64,000 nucleotides of DNA from Eledone cirrhosa (taxonomy: Eukaryota), in contig OZ024745.1 of the NCBI GenBank assembly GCA_964016885.1, positions 6,510,001 to 6,574,000 on the forward strand, given 5' to 3'. The translations under genes and the position numbers were made by a program. Below the pieces are notes generated by a model. The model made no database searches. It was not told the origin of the DNA and was given only the letters and a program-made list of their open reading frames with translations. Shown piece by piece: positions 1 through 10,646 of the stretch; positions within the stretch are counted from its first letter, which is position 1; every line of letters begins with the position of its first letter.

Positions 1-59
1 CATACATACATACATACATACATACATACATACATACATACATACATACATACATACAT
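1..59. repeat. (CATA)n microsatellite
   Basis: Perfect CATA tandem repeat running off the window start. Confidence 0.98.
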
Positions 60-263
60 GGTGGCTGCCAACACGTTTTCGAGTACGGCCACTACTTTAT
101 ATCCATGTAGGAGAACGCCTACCGATGCGCTGAACGAGTGTGACTTTTTAGTCCAGCCAACGACTTGAAAACTCTGGTACAAACACTACACCTGTGACAA
201 TTATTGACACATAGTGCTGGGCCCATGGTACCATGTGACGACAAGTGCAGAGAGATCAGCAGC

Positions 264-640
264 TTTTATAGTGAGCAAAGGCACTGCACAAAGCCAGTCC
301 CACTCTCTTAACCAAGATGATATTTACCAAAAAGAAGAACAAGTCAACATCATTGGATACCATCAGGGTTGCAGGTGTTATATCAGAGTTTTCCTTCTCC
401 TAGAATTCTGCCTTGACAAAGGCTAAGGGGTCATCTCTCCCGGTGATTTTGGATGGTCATTGACTCTTAAGAGCTCCTTTGCCCTTTGACAGGTTTTGTT
501 TTTAGTCCTGCAGGATGTCCAAAGTCACCCTCCTCACCAAGAAACCTTGGTGGGGTTGCCAGTTTAGTCGCCAACGACCCGACCATGAGACAGGTTGTAC
601 TGGGATACATGTTACCAGTAGCACCAACTGGTGACCTGAC
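264..640 (-). mobile_element. Probable 5' UTR/leader fragment of an RTE-type non-LTR retrotransposon
   Basis: Minus strand reads ...ttagcctttgtcaaggcagaattctaggagaaggaaaactctga..., resembling RTE-clade leaders I recall (not searched). It starts directly at a (CATA)n tract; 264-394 has a diverged direct copy at 760-890. Confidence 0.45.
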
Positions 641-759
641 ATACATACATATATACATACATGATGGCTGCCCCTTCGTTATTATGTATGGCCTTTGCAC
701 GATATACCATTATTAATAATTATTAATGCATTCGTGCAATGCCTGTGTGTGAAGATAAT

Positions 760-890
760 TTTTAAAGTGAGGAAAGACTGTGCACTGAGCCAATCCCACT
801 CTCTGGGCGACAGTAGCTATAACCCGAAAAGAAGAAAAGATCAACATCATCGGTAACTACTGAGCCGCAGGTTTTATGTCGGAGTTATCC
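760..890 (-). repeat. Diverged second copy of 264-394 (interspersed repeat)
   Basis: Aligns by eye: ttttaXagtgag...gccaXtcccactctct...aaaagaagaa...tcaacatcat...gcaggtXttatXtcXgagttXtcc. Confidence 0.7.
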
Positions 891-912
891 CAGTATCCTG
901 AGTTGCCTTCTC

Positions 913-1096
913 CATACATACATACACACACACACTCACATACATACATACATACATACATACACACACACATACATACATACACACATGCATACACACA
1001 CACACACATACATACATACATACATACATACATACATACATACATACATACATACATACATACATACATACATACATACATACATACATACATACA
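913..1096. repeat. (CATA)n/(CA)n microsatellite; likely the (TATG)n 3' tail or target of the adjacent RTE
   Basis: Tandem CATA with CA interruptions, abutting the 3' end of the minus-strand RTE fragment. Confidence 0.95.
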
Positions 1097-2195
1097 TGAG
1101 GATTGCAGCGTCTTCTCAGGCGATTGCCGTCTCTTATTGATTCTTCATTGTCATCCCATCTGTGTCCATGACTCTGTAGATGACTTTGTAGACCAGCTGC
1201 AGATCTGCATGGGTATGACACAGGTGACAGAAGAGAGTTGTGCTTTCCACAGGACCGGTGGTGTCACCCTGTGGGACACAATCTTTATGTACCACCATGT
1301 GTCTGTTTAGTCCGGAACTAGTTCTACACACTTTACTGCATATCACACACGTTGTTTCACCAGGTCTTTGTTGTGTGGTGTTGTGGGTGGTTATCCTTTC
1401 ATGTGACTTCAGGTGATATAACCAACCCTTGAGAGGAGTACACGCTGACAGAATGTGTATGTCCAGCTACTGATGACATCATCAAGACTGTGAGCACAGC
1501 CCTTCCCGGGCTGACACTTCAGACGACATTCCTCAAAAGTTTTGCAACTGCCCTTTATGCACTTTCTCCCCTCAGCCATATTTAGAGCTATCTCCTCACA
1601 GTTGTCTATATCAAATACCAGCTCTTTTAGATTGTTCTTGATGCTGTCCCTGAAACTCATTTTCGGTTTGTATTGAAGTCTTTTTCCAAGATGGAGCTCA
1701 CCGTAAAACAGTTGCTTCGGGATATTGCTTTCTTTCATGCAGACGATATGTCCTGTCCAGTGCATTTGAGAAGATGTTACTTGGGACTCAATGCTTGGAC
1801 ATTCTGCTTTGATAAGGACATGGATGTTAGGAGTTCTGTCTTGCCACTTGATGTTGAATATGTGCCTTAAACATTTCTGCTGAAAAGGTTCAAGCAATTT
1901 GGTGTGTTTGCAGAATAGGGCCCAGGTTTGGGCGGATTATAAAAGATCAGACACAACACATGATCTATACACACACACCTTAGTATTGCTGGTAATGTTG
2001 CGATTTGCCCAAACTATCTTCTTCCATTTTTCCGAAGGATGCGCAGATGTATTTCAGCATCCAATGAACCACCATTTGAGAGTGTGCTACCCAAGTAGAC
2101 AAATTTATCTTCTACTCCTAGCCTGGTTCCATCAACCATGATATTGGGTTCACTATATTGTTCTCCAGAAGCAGGGGTAAACATTACTTTGGTCT
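1097..2195 (-). mobile_element. 5'-truncated, decayed RTE-clade LINE (post-RT C-terminal region plus zinc-finger tail)
   Basis: Minus-strand translation gives KFVYLGSTLSN (~2075-2107), QTWALFCKHTKLLEPFQQKCLRHIFNIKWQDRTPN, WTGHIVCM...IPKQLFYGEL..GKR, all typical RTE ORF motifs; frameshifts present. Confidence 0.9.
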
Positions 2196-2281
2196 ACATA
2201 CATACATACATACATACATACATACATACATACATACATACATACATACATACATACATGCATACATACATACATGCATAC
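2196..2281. repeat. (CATA)n microsatellite
   Basis: Tandem CATA at the 5' junction of the RTE fragment. Confidence 0.97.
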
Positions 2282-2580
2282 AGTTAGGAAATTACAAGTA
2301 CAATCCATTAATGGAACAATAAAAATATGTAAAACATTCAAAAAATTCTGCATCTAATAACTCCATATACACATGTACAGATGCAAAGCATATACACATG
2401 CACACATACAACTCAAAACATCCACATCCACACATACAATAACGTCCATATCTACACATGCATGCATGCATACATATCTACCAAGTTGATGTTGTGTAAA
2501 TTCCAATGAAAGAGTCTTCTGCCTGTTGGAAACCGACTCTCTCTTTATCGGGAAAAAATTTGTGAAATTATAAAACCAGA

Positions 2581-2751
2581 ACATACATACATATATACAT
2601 ACATACATATATACATACATATATACATACATATATACATACATATATATATACATACATACATACATACATACATACATACATACATACATACATACAT
2701 ACATACATACATACATACATACATACATACATACATACATACATACATACA
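2581..2751. repeat. (CATA)n/(TA)n compound microsatellite
   Basis: Direct inspection. Confidence 0.97.
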
Positions 2752-2869
2752 TTGAATTAGAAGATCTTGCTGTAACTAAATATAATAGTCTAACAAAATA
2801 CATCCATTTCATCTCTGAAGTCATCATCCTTTCCTTTTGACTTCCTTCTCACATCGACGCCGTTAATCT

Positions 2870-4840
2870 TGGACAACTTGAAATCCTCTAAGTTACTACA
2901 AATGACACGTTTGACAATCCCTGGTCATTCTAGAGGTTCCACGTCTACAAAGCAAAACATGTGTCTTTTTCTTCAGGGCCAGAAATGATGCATGCTTTTA
3001 TCAACAACATACCCTCTACAAAGTCCCTGTAATATGTGTATTTCAGGGGTAATACCCATATTAACTACATACCCGCTACAAAGTCCCTGTAATACCCATA
3101 TTAACAACATACCCTCTACAAAGTCCCTGTAATATGGGTATTACAGGGGTAATACCCATATTAACTACATACCCTCTACAAAGTCCCTGTAATACCCATA
3201 TCAACTACATACTCTCTACAAAGTCCCTGTAATACCCATATTAACTACATACCCTCTACAAAGTCCCTGTAATACCCATATCAACTACATACCCGCTACA
3301 AAGTCCCTGTAATTCCCATATTAACTACATACTCTCTACAAAGTCCCTGTAATTCCCATATTAACTACATACTCTCTACAAAGTCCCTGTAATACCCATA
3401 TTAACTACATGCTCTCTACAAAGTCCCTGTAATACCCATATTAACTACATACCCTCTACAAAGTCCCTATAATACCCATATTAACTACATACTCTCTACA
3501 CAGTCCCTGTAATACCCATATCAACTACATACTCTCTACAAAGTCCCTGTAATACCCATATCAACTACATACTCTCTACAAAGTCCCTGTAATACCCATA
3601 TCAACTACATACCCTCTACAAAGTCCCTGTAATACCCATATCAACTACATACCCGCTACAAAGTCCCTGTAATACCCATATTAACTACATACCCTCTACA
3701 AAGTCCCTGTAATACCCATATTAACTACATACCCTCTACAAAGTCCCTGTAATTCACATATAAACTACATACTGTCTACAAAGTCCCTGTAATTCCCATA
3801 TAAACTACATACTCTCTACAAAGTCCCTGTAATTCCCATATAAACTACATACTCTCTACAAAGTCCCTGTAATACCCATATCAACTACATACCCTCTACA
3901 AAGTCCCTGTAATTCCCATATTAACTACATACTCTCTACAAAGTCCCTGTAATACCCATATAAACTACATACTCTCTACAAAGTCCCTGTAATACCCATA
4001 TTAACTACATACCCTCTACAAAGTCCCTATAATACCCATATTAACTACATACTCTCTACAAAGTCCCTGTAATACCCATATCAACTACATACTCTCTACA
4101 AAGTCCCTGTAATACCCATATTAACTACATGCTCTCTACACAGTCCCTGTAATACCCATATTAACTACATACCCTCTACACAGTCCCTGTAATTCCCATA
4201 TTAACTACATACCCGCTACAAAGTCCCTGTAATTCCCATATAAACTACATACTCTCTACAAAGTCCCTATAATACCCACATTAACTACATACTCTCTACA
4301 AAGTCCCTATAATACACACATTAACTACATACCCTCTACAAAGTCCCTGTAATACCCATATCAACTACATACTCTCTACAAAGTCCCTGTAATTCCCATA
4401 TTAACTACATACCCTCTACAAAGTCCCTGTAATACCCATATCAACTACATACCCGCTACAAAGTCCCTGTAATTCCCATATCAACTGCGTTGATATCTGG
4501 GCTGGTATTGCCTGTAAACATTCTAGACTGCGTGAAAATGAAAATTATCCGACTGATTAGCAAATACTCAATGACAGCAGGCTACAACATCTGGTCGACA
4601 GACGTGACGTCTTTCCCAGCTCCACCCAATCTTACACAAACCACGTTTCTTTGTATTCCTCCTTGCGACACTCCTACTTTGTTTCATTACAGAGGTGCCA
4701 TACTGACTACTTCACTCAAATTTCTTTCTTTAGAATATTACCCACTCTCCTGGAAATATTTTCCCGCTTATGTTAGCCATACACAGGTTAACTTAGAGCT
4801 GTTAAAATTGTATATAAATTGCACCAATATCAATCGCTTC
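2870..4840 (+). mobile_element. Decayed CR1/L2-group LINE 3' fragment split by an internal minisatellite
   Basis: Before the array: FFRARN..QQ.TLYK. After it: CVDIWAG, ILDCVKMKIIRLI, LQHLVDRRDV, RCHTDYF, matching the CR1 ORF2 C-terminal motif series (TLYK.QVRPILEYC.HIW..LDR.Q.KAIRLI..L..RR.V). Many indels. Confidence 0.7.
3001..4487. repeat. 40-bp minisatellite, ~36 copies (TYAACTACATACYCTCTACAAAGTCCCTGTAATACCCATA)
   Basis: Exact 40-bp periodicity visible across lines; two early units are 60 bp. Confidence 0.98.
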
Positions 4841-5013
4841 GAAAGATCTGCAAATGCCATAGGCACAACCCCTGCTTCGTGATACGCCATAAACTATCGA
4901 AGTTTCGGCATCAGTTATTATTCTCGTGTGTGTATGTATATATGTAAAAGTGAACAAGCGAAAATAACACAAATAATACAATGATGATATATTAGTTTAA
5001 CGCTTGATATAGT

Positions 5014-5052
5014 TAGTGTCTTAACGTTTCAGTCTAATCCTTCATCGGAAAG
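5014..5052 (-). ncRNA. Degenerate minimal type I hammerhead ribozyme-like motif (Penelope-type)
   Basis: Reverse complement: cuuu-CCGAUGA-AG-gauuaga-CU-GAAA-CG-UUA-agac. U4C core variant, very short stems, palindromic AACGUU. Confidence 0.4.
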
Positions 5053-5176
5053 TAGAATGAGCGAGAGAAGAGAGAAAAGAAGAAAGAGGAAGATAAACCG
5101 ACAGATGTGAGGAAGAAAGAAAACCGGAAACGTTAGAGAGGAGAGAAAGCACGTGTCGGTGTTTGTTTGTCAGCTA

Positions 5177-5277
<101 letters not shown>

Positions 5278-5359
5278 GGTAATTTTAAAAATCTGGCAGA
5301 GCTCATCTCTTCTTCAAGTCTTAAAACCAGACGATTTCTTTCAGAGAAAGACAGAAAGA

Positions 5360-5363
5360 GTGC

Positions 5364-5406
<43 letters not shown>
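5360..5406. repeat. (GC)n(GT)n alternating purine-pyrimidine tract (Z-DNA prone)
   Basis: tgcgcgcgcgcgcgcgcgtgtgtgtg... Confidence 0.9.
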
Positions 5407-5629
5407 ATAGAGTGGAAGCGAGAGAGAGAGCCGAAATACCGCCAATCCTTCTATTCTACGTTTTAACGATTCCGCCATTTTCCTATCAGTTTCATCCTCT
5501 TAACCTTGGCTAAGAATAACTGATGGTCTAGAAATTATCTCCCTTGCTTTCTATTTTTTTTTCCGATTTTCAGATATGATTATCTTAGATTGCATTATAG
5601 AATATGAACTTTCAATTTACGTAATACCA

Positions 5630-5970
5630 GTAGGGTGTGATTTGTGGAGATTTGGCTGCTAATTCTCGCTTATCAAGCGGCCTCACTGAAGCTCTTTCCC
5701 CGACATATTTGCTGCTGGTCCAACTTCATCAGTGATATTATAACCTGTGTCCCAATCGTGATTATCTCTTCTTTTAGGCAGTGTATTTTAGGACTACATT
5801 ATCTACTGTATTCTTTCTCTTTTTAAGACAGAGGGTTGTGATTTCAGGCAAATGTGGCTACTATTTCTAGATCAACGGACAATCGCGTGTGGTTTCCCAG
5901 ACAGAGGGTTGTGATTGGGAGTGGGGTATTTGGCTAGCTCAACAGGCGACCGTGTGTGGGTTGCCACGTT
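5630..5970 (+). repeat. Three diverged copies of a short interspersed repeat (gggtgtgatttgaggragatttggctgctatttct...)
   Basis: Copies at ~5631, ~5829 and ~5901; the same motif recurs at ~21943, ~22140, ~24097 and ~24688. Confidence 0.6.
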
Positions 5971-7164
5971 GATTCATGACTCCTATTATTCTAGGCGAGA
6001 GTGGAACTTGACAATGGTTATTTTTCAAATCAACAACTTTTTCTCCTTCACGAGTTAGAAACAAGATTCCAACATGACAGTAAGTAGCTTAAGTTGAAGG
6101 AGGTATGAGACAATAAACTGAATAAAGGAAGGTCTGAAGAGAGTATTGAGACAATGACAAGAGGCAGATGTGAATTTCAAGACTGAATATTCATTAGAAA
6201 GAAAGAAAAAATGAAATAGATAAATAGAAATGCGAATCAAGATATTTTTATTCCTAAGACGTTTTATGATTTGGAATAAAATAATTCTAAAGAATATTGC
6301 ACTTTAGTAACTTTCAACGGTACTTCAAGAATAATATCTTTATATTTCATTGCTTCGTTTGTCTACAATTTATGGTAATAATAAGCAAATAGATATTGAC
6401 TGACAACAAGTTTCTAGAGAGATCTTTTCATTCTTCTTGTGTAACCCAACTACAAATTCACTCAGATTTCCTGTTTTACTAAATTATAGTGAAGAGTTCA
6501 TCTCGTACCTTCAGTTTATGACTTTAATCTTTCCTACCTCCTTCATTGCCACCCCACCAACCCCGTCACCATCGTCGTCAACGTTGTTTGTTGTTTCTGT
6601 GATGTTATCATTGTGCAGTGATTGTCACACTTCTAGTTACTATCCTGTCACTTATCACTAACAGCCTCCAGCAAAAGCATGAACGCCACAACTGTTCATT
6701 TACTTCACATCCGGTGGAAGACACCGCGCAGCTGCAGCAGGTAACGGAATTCGTGACAGGATTTCTAGCTGTCAGTTTCTAACAACTCTCGTCTATCAGT
6801 AATGCCCTCGGGAAACACACGAACATTACAACCATCTTTCCCATACAAACGTGACTATGTAAGAAATTATTATTCTATCTCTCACATATTTCTCATCATC
6901 TACTTTCATTTTTCTTCATATATTTTATTTATTTTTATATTTTTATCCGAACATTGATCAGACTAAGGAATTTCATTTTTTTGTATTTCTATCAAATTTA
7001 TAGTTTTGATTGGTTTACTGTCTAATTACCTGCAGGAAGAATATTACCAACTTTATATAGATTCTCGTCTGCTAGGATTGAAATCACGAAACACGTTTTC
7101 TAATATAGAAATGTCAATGTTTTTATTCGTTACAGCACAATCTAATGGTACAGATAAAAACATA

Positions 7165-7205
7165 TATGTGTATATATATATATATATATGTGTGTGTTTA
7201 TATAT

Positions 7206-7303
<98 letters not shown>

Positions 7304-7466
7304 ACAAATCAATACAGACTGTGTGTATAAAACACATTGACACATACACAGACAACCTCATACACACACACGCACACAAACACACACACAGAACATACAC
7401 ATAAACACACCCGCACAAAAACACATACGCACCCGCACAAACATGCACACACACGCACACACACAA
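7165..7466. repeat. (TA)n microsatellite followed by a degenerate (CA)n tract
   Basis: Direct inspection. Confidence 0.95.
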
Positions 7467-7810
7467 ATATACCCGAAAATGGTGTTGATAATATCAACTT
7501 GTATGCCCCCTCCCCCGCCATTCAATTACGGTATATAGTCGAATATAACTCGTTCTAAATATAAGTGGAATCTGAGTATAACCCCGTGTACAAGCCGAGA
7601 CAACACATAATGTTTAGATGGTGTGGTTTTGAAATTCTCATGAGTGGAGAATATATTTATGAAGTTTTAATATTTTGGTATTTAAAATGTTTTAAGTGTC
7701 ATTTAGAGTATAGTATATTTCAAAATCCCATTATATAATGATTTTTTACCAATTTCTGGCTGTTTTGAAGGCTATATTCATTCAACACACATCAAAAACG
7801 AATTTCATAT

Positions 7811-8096
7811 TGAAAGTGAAACAGGTGTAATATTCACCTCCAAAGTGAAACCGGTATAATATTCACCTCCAAAGTGAAACCAGTATAATATTCACCTCCA
7901 AATTGAAACCGGTATAATATTCACCTCCAAAGTGAAACCAGTATAATATTCACCTCTGAAGTGAAACCGGTATAATATTCACCTCCAAAGTGAAACCAGT
8001 GTAATATTCACCTCCAAAGTGAAACCGGTGTAATATTCATCTCCAAACTGAAACTGGCGTAATATTTACTTCCAAAGTGAAATCGGTTTCATATTC
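7811..8096. repeat. 29-bp minisatellite, ~10 copies (AAAGTGAAACCRGTRTAATATTCACCTCC), inside the MITE
   Basis: Direct periodicity. Confidence 0.95.
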
Positions 8097-8234
8097 ATAG
8101 CACCTCATTTACGCAGAATTTTGAAATTGATGAAAATCGGCAAAATATTGACCTCGAATATAAATCGATCACATTTTACCATCGATTTTTCTGGGGGTTT
8201 TTTTGTCACATATTCCTCGTCTTATATACGAGTA

Positions 8235-8718
8235 TCTTAACTATAATAAAGGAAGGTCTGCGGGATTGCGTCCAGAATATATTTTTTTACCCCATTTGTA
8301 AAATAAGTTGGATTACTTTGAATAAATAATGAATGAATATTACGTAATTTATGTGCTAAATTTCGTGGCTATTGATTAAATATATTTTATAGCTTAATCT
8401 TTAAAATTCACTTCTTTAAAATTATCAAATGTCAACACTTCCGGTTAGCGGCCGTTATATTATAACACTTATAATCGCATATATTTCCGTCGCTAATTTT
8501 CTCCTAATGCAGTTTATATATAATGTCGTCTTTTTTTTTAATGTATCATGGATTACTGAAGACAGTGTAATATAGGCTTTGTTCAATTTCTGTCTATATT
8601 GTCAATTATGATTTTATTTGATGTATCATATTTACATGCATATATATTTGTGTATAATATCAATATACACACTACACATGCTAGCAGAAAACCACCCATA
8701 GGGTGGTTTTTCTGCTAG
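8235..8718 (+). mobile_element. Non-autonomous Helitron
   Basis: 5' TC(ttaactataataaagg), 3' CTAG, subterminal GC hairpin accaccc-ata-gggtggt, inserted between A and T with no TSD; removing it restores the host MITE TIR. Confidence 0.85.
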
Positions 8719-9123
8719 TATACGGTAATTGAGATTATACTGATAATGAAGAGAGAAAAAATCATTATCTTAATGATTAATTCTAGGCTAGAAAGGCAGG
8801 AGATACAAGCACAGATTATGAATTGATTAGATTTAATTAAAATTAGGACGCGGTGAAGAGTAGATGATCTTAAGTGTACGGTAACAATTGAGGATATGTT
8901 TCAACCTGGTTAGACCTTATCAGCAAAGTATAATCTAACCGTGATGTCAGACCTTAGAATGACGAGAGAGTATACAGGATTTTAGTAAATGAATATTTAA
9001 AGGAATAACTACGGAAAACGGTCTGCTGCGTTTATGAAAAAAAGAGTGAAATAGCTGCTAATATACTTTGTGCAATGAATCAGTAAACTCTAATTAATTT
9101 CAATTTACACCAGTAATATTAAT

Positions 9124-9309
9124 TAATTGTTTCTACTATTGGCACAAGGCCAGCAATTACCCAGTACATTACTGGTACTTTATTTTATCGACCCCGTAAG
9201 GATGAAAGGCAAAGTTAACCTCGGCGGGATTTGAACTCAGAATGGCAAGAGCCGTAACTCTATGCGTCAAAGCATGGCGTCCGACCCTCTACCGATACTG
9301 CCAATTCAC
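9124..9309 (-). mobile_element. tRNA-derived SINE (family A), minus strand
   Basis: rc: A-box tggcagtatcgg, B-box gagttcaaatcc, body tttcatccttacggggtcgataaaataaagtaccag, 3' gctggccttgtgcc...agaaacaatta. Confidence 0.85.
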
Positions 9310-9972
9310 ATTAATTAATGTCTGCTATAATTAGTCGTCACACTAGTATGACATGTTGACTCATGTATATAGTATCACTAGCATATTTGATTATTCTCTG
9401 TATCACTTCGATAAATTTTCTGTCACGACTCGGTAGGCTTATAATCAGCGAAGCGCAGCCTCCAACTACTCACATGTGTATCAACTACAAAATCTTCACA
9501 CACGAACATTTAAAATCATAAATACAATGTGAACTCAAGATAAAATAGAATACAGTAGTTGGGGTAACACTGATGAGTAGTCAGCCTCACAATGATTAAA
9601 ACCAACTAAAAACAACACAAGCTAGAGGTTTAGGTTTACAATATACCTTATAGTTGATCACTATAGCCAGTGGCGGACTGGCCAGGTAGCATTGCAAGAG
9701 CCGACAGAAGCATTGCAGGGCCCACTCTAGTATTTTAGGGCCAATGCGTTGATTTAAAAAATACCTGAAATCTAAGAGAAAGAATAAAAAATGTTTAAAA
9801 TAAATAAAACAATTAAACAAAGCAGTTGGTCAACCAATTCCCCAGAGAATTACTAGAAACCAAAATATACGATAGTGCAAATAGCTGGAATCAGTGGTTG
9901 TACATTCTACTAAATATAAAGCTTAGTGTATTCGTTCATGCATGTAAACATACATATATAGACACAGGCACA

Positions 9973-10148
9973 CAGCATCGGTAGAGGGTCGGACGCCATG
10001 CTTTGACGCATAGACTTACGGCCCTTGCCATTCTGAGTTCAAATCCCGCCGAGGTTAACTTTGCCTTTCATCCTTACGGGGTCGATAAAATAAAGTACCA
10101 GTAATGCACTGGGTATGGCTGGCCTTGTGCCAAAAGTAGAAACAATTA
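9973..10148 (+). mobile_element. tRNA-derived SINE (family A), near-identical inverted partner of 9124-9300
   Basis: About 7 differences over ~176 nt from the reverse complement of 9124-9300 (manual alignment). Confidence 0.88.
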
Positions 10149-10206
10149 TATGTGGCTGTCTTCGTTAAGAGTGAAAGCAGCGAGTATTTGCTTAAACTTT
10201 AATCTG

Positions 10207-10211
<5 letters not shown>

Positions 10212-10300
<89 letters not shown>

Positions 10301-10394
10301 ACACACGAACTACTGAGCAAATAATATTTGGTATCAATGGGTTAAAGATATTTGTCAAATGAATTATTGGTGAAAGGTGATGTATACACACACG

Positions 10395-10468
<74 letters not shown>

Positions 10469-10469
10469 A
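10212..10469. repeat. (TA)n(TG)n and (CA)n(TA)n microsatellites
   Basis: Tracts at 10212-10296 and 10384-10469. Confidence 0.95.
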
Positions 10470-10646
10470 TGCCAATTATTGTAAGTTTGAATCTAACTGA
10501 CAGGCAAAAATATATATATAGGAATAAGGAATCATAGTAGATTCAAACATCCCAGAGAGAGGGGGGGGGAGAAGAGGTGCATCAGAAATGAAACATGGAT
10601 TGCAGGTTAAAATATAGTCTAGATAGATGAGAAACAAAACGAGGAT

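Larger units (their letters stand above)
7529..8725. mobile_element. Non-autonomous Tc1/mariner(pogo)-type MITE with TA target duplication
   Basis: Left TIR cggtatatagtcgaatataa; right TIR (rc) ccgtata|tactcgtatataa once the 8235-8718 insert is removed. Flanked by TA at 7527-7528 and 8726-8727; the empty site CAATTAATTG is palindromic. Confidence 0.75.

Noticed and set aside
9569-9590. CTGATGAG hammerhead core word
   Set aside because: No stem II or GAAA partner downstream.
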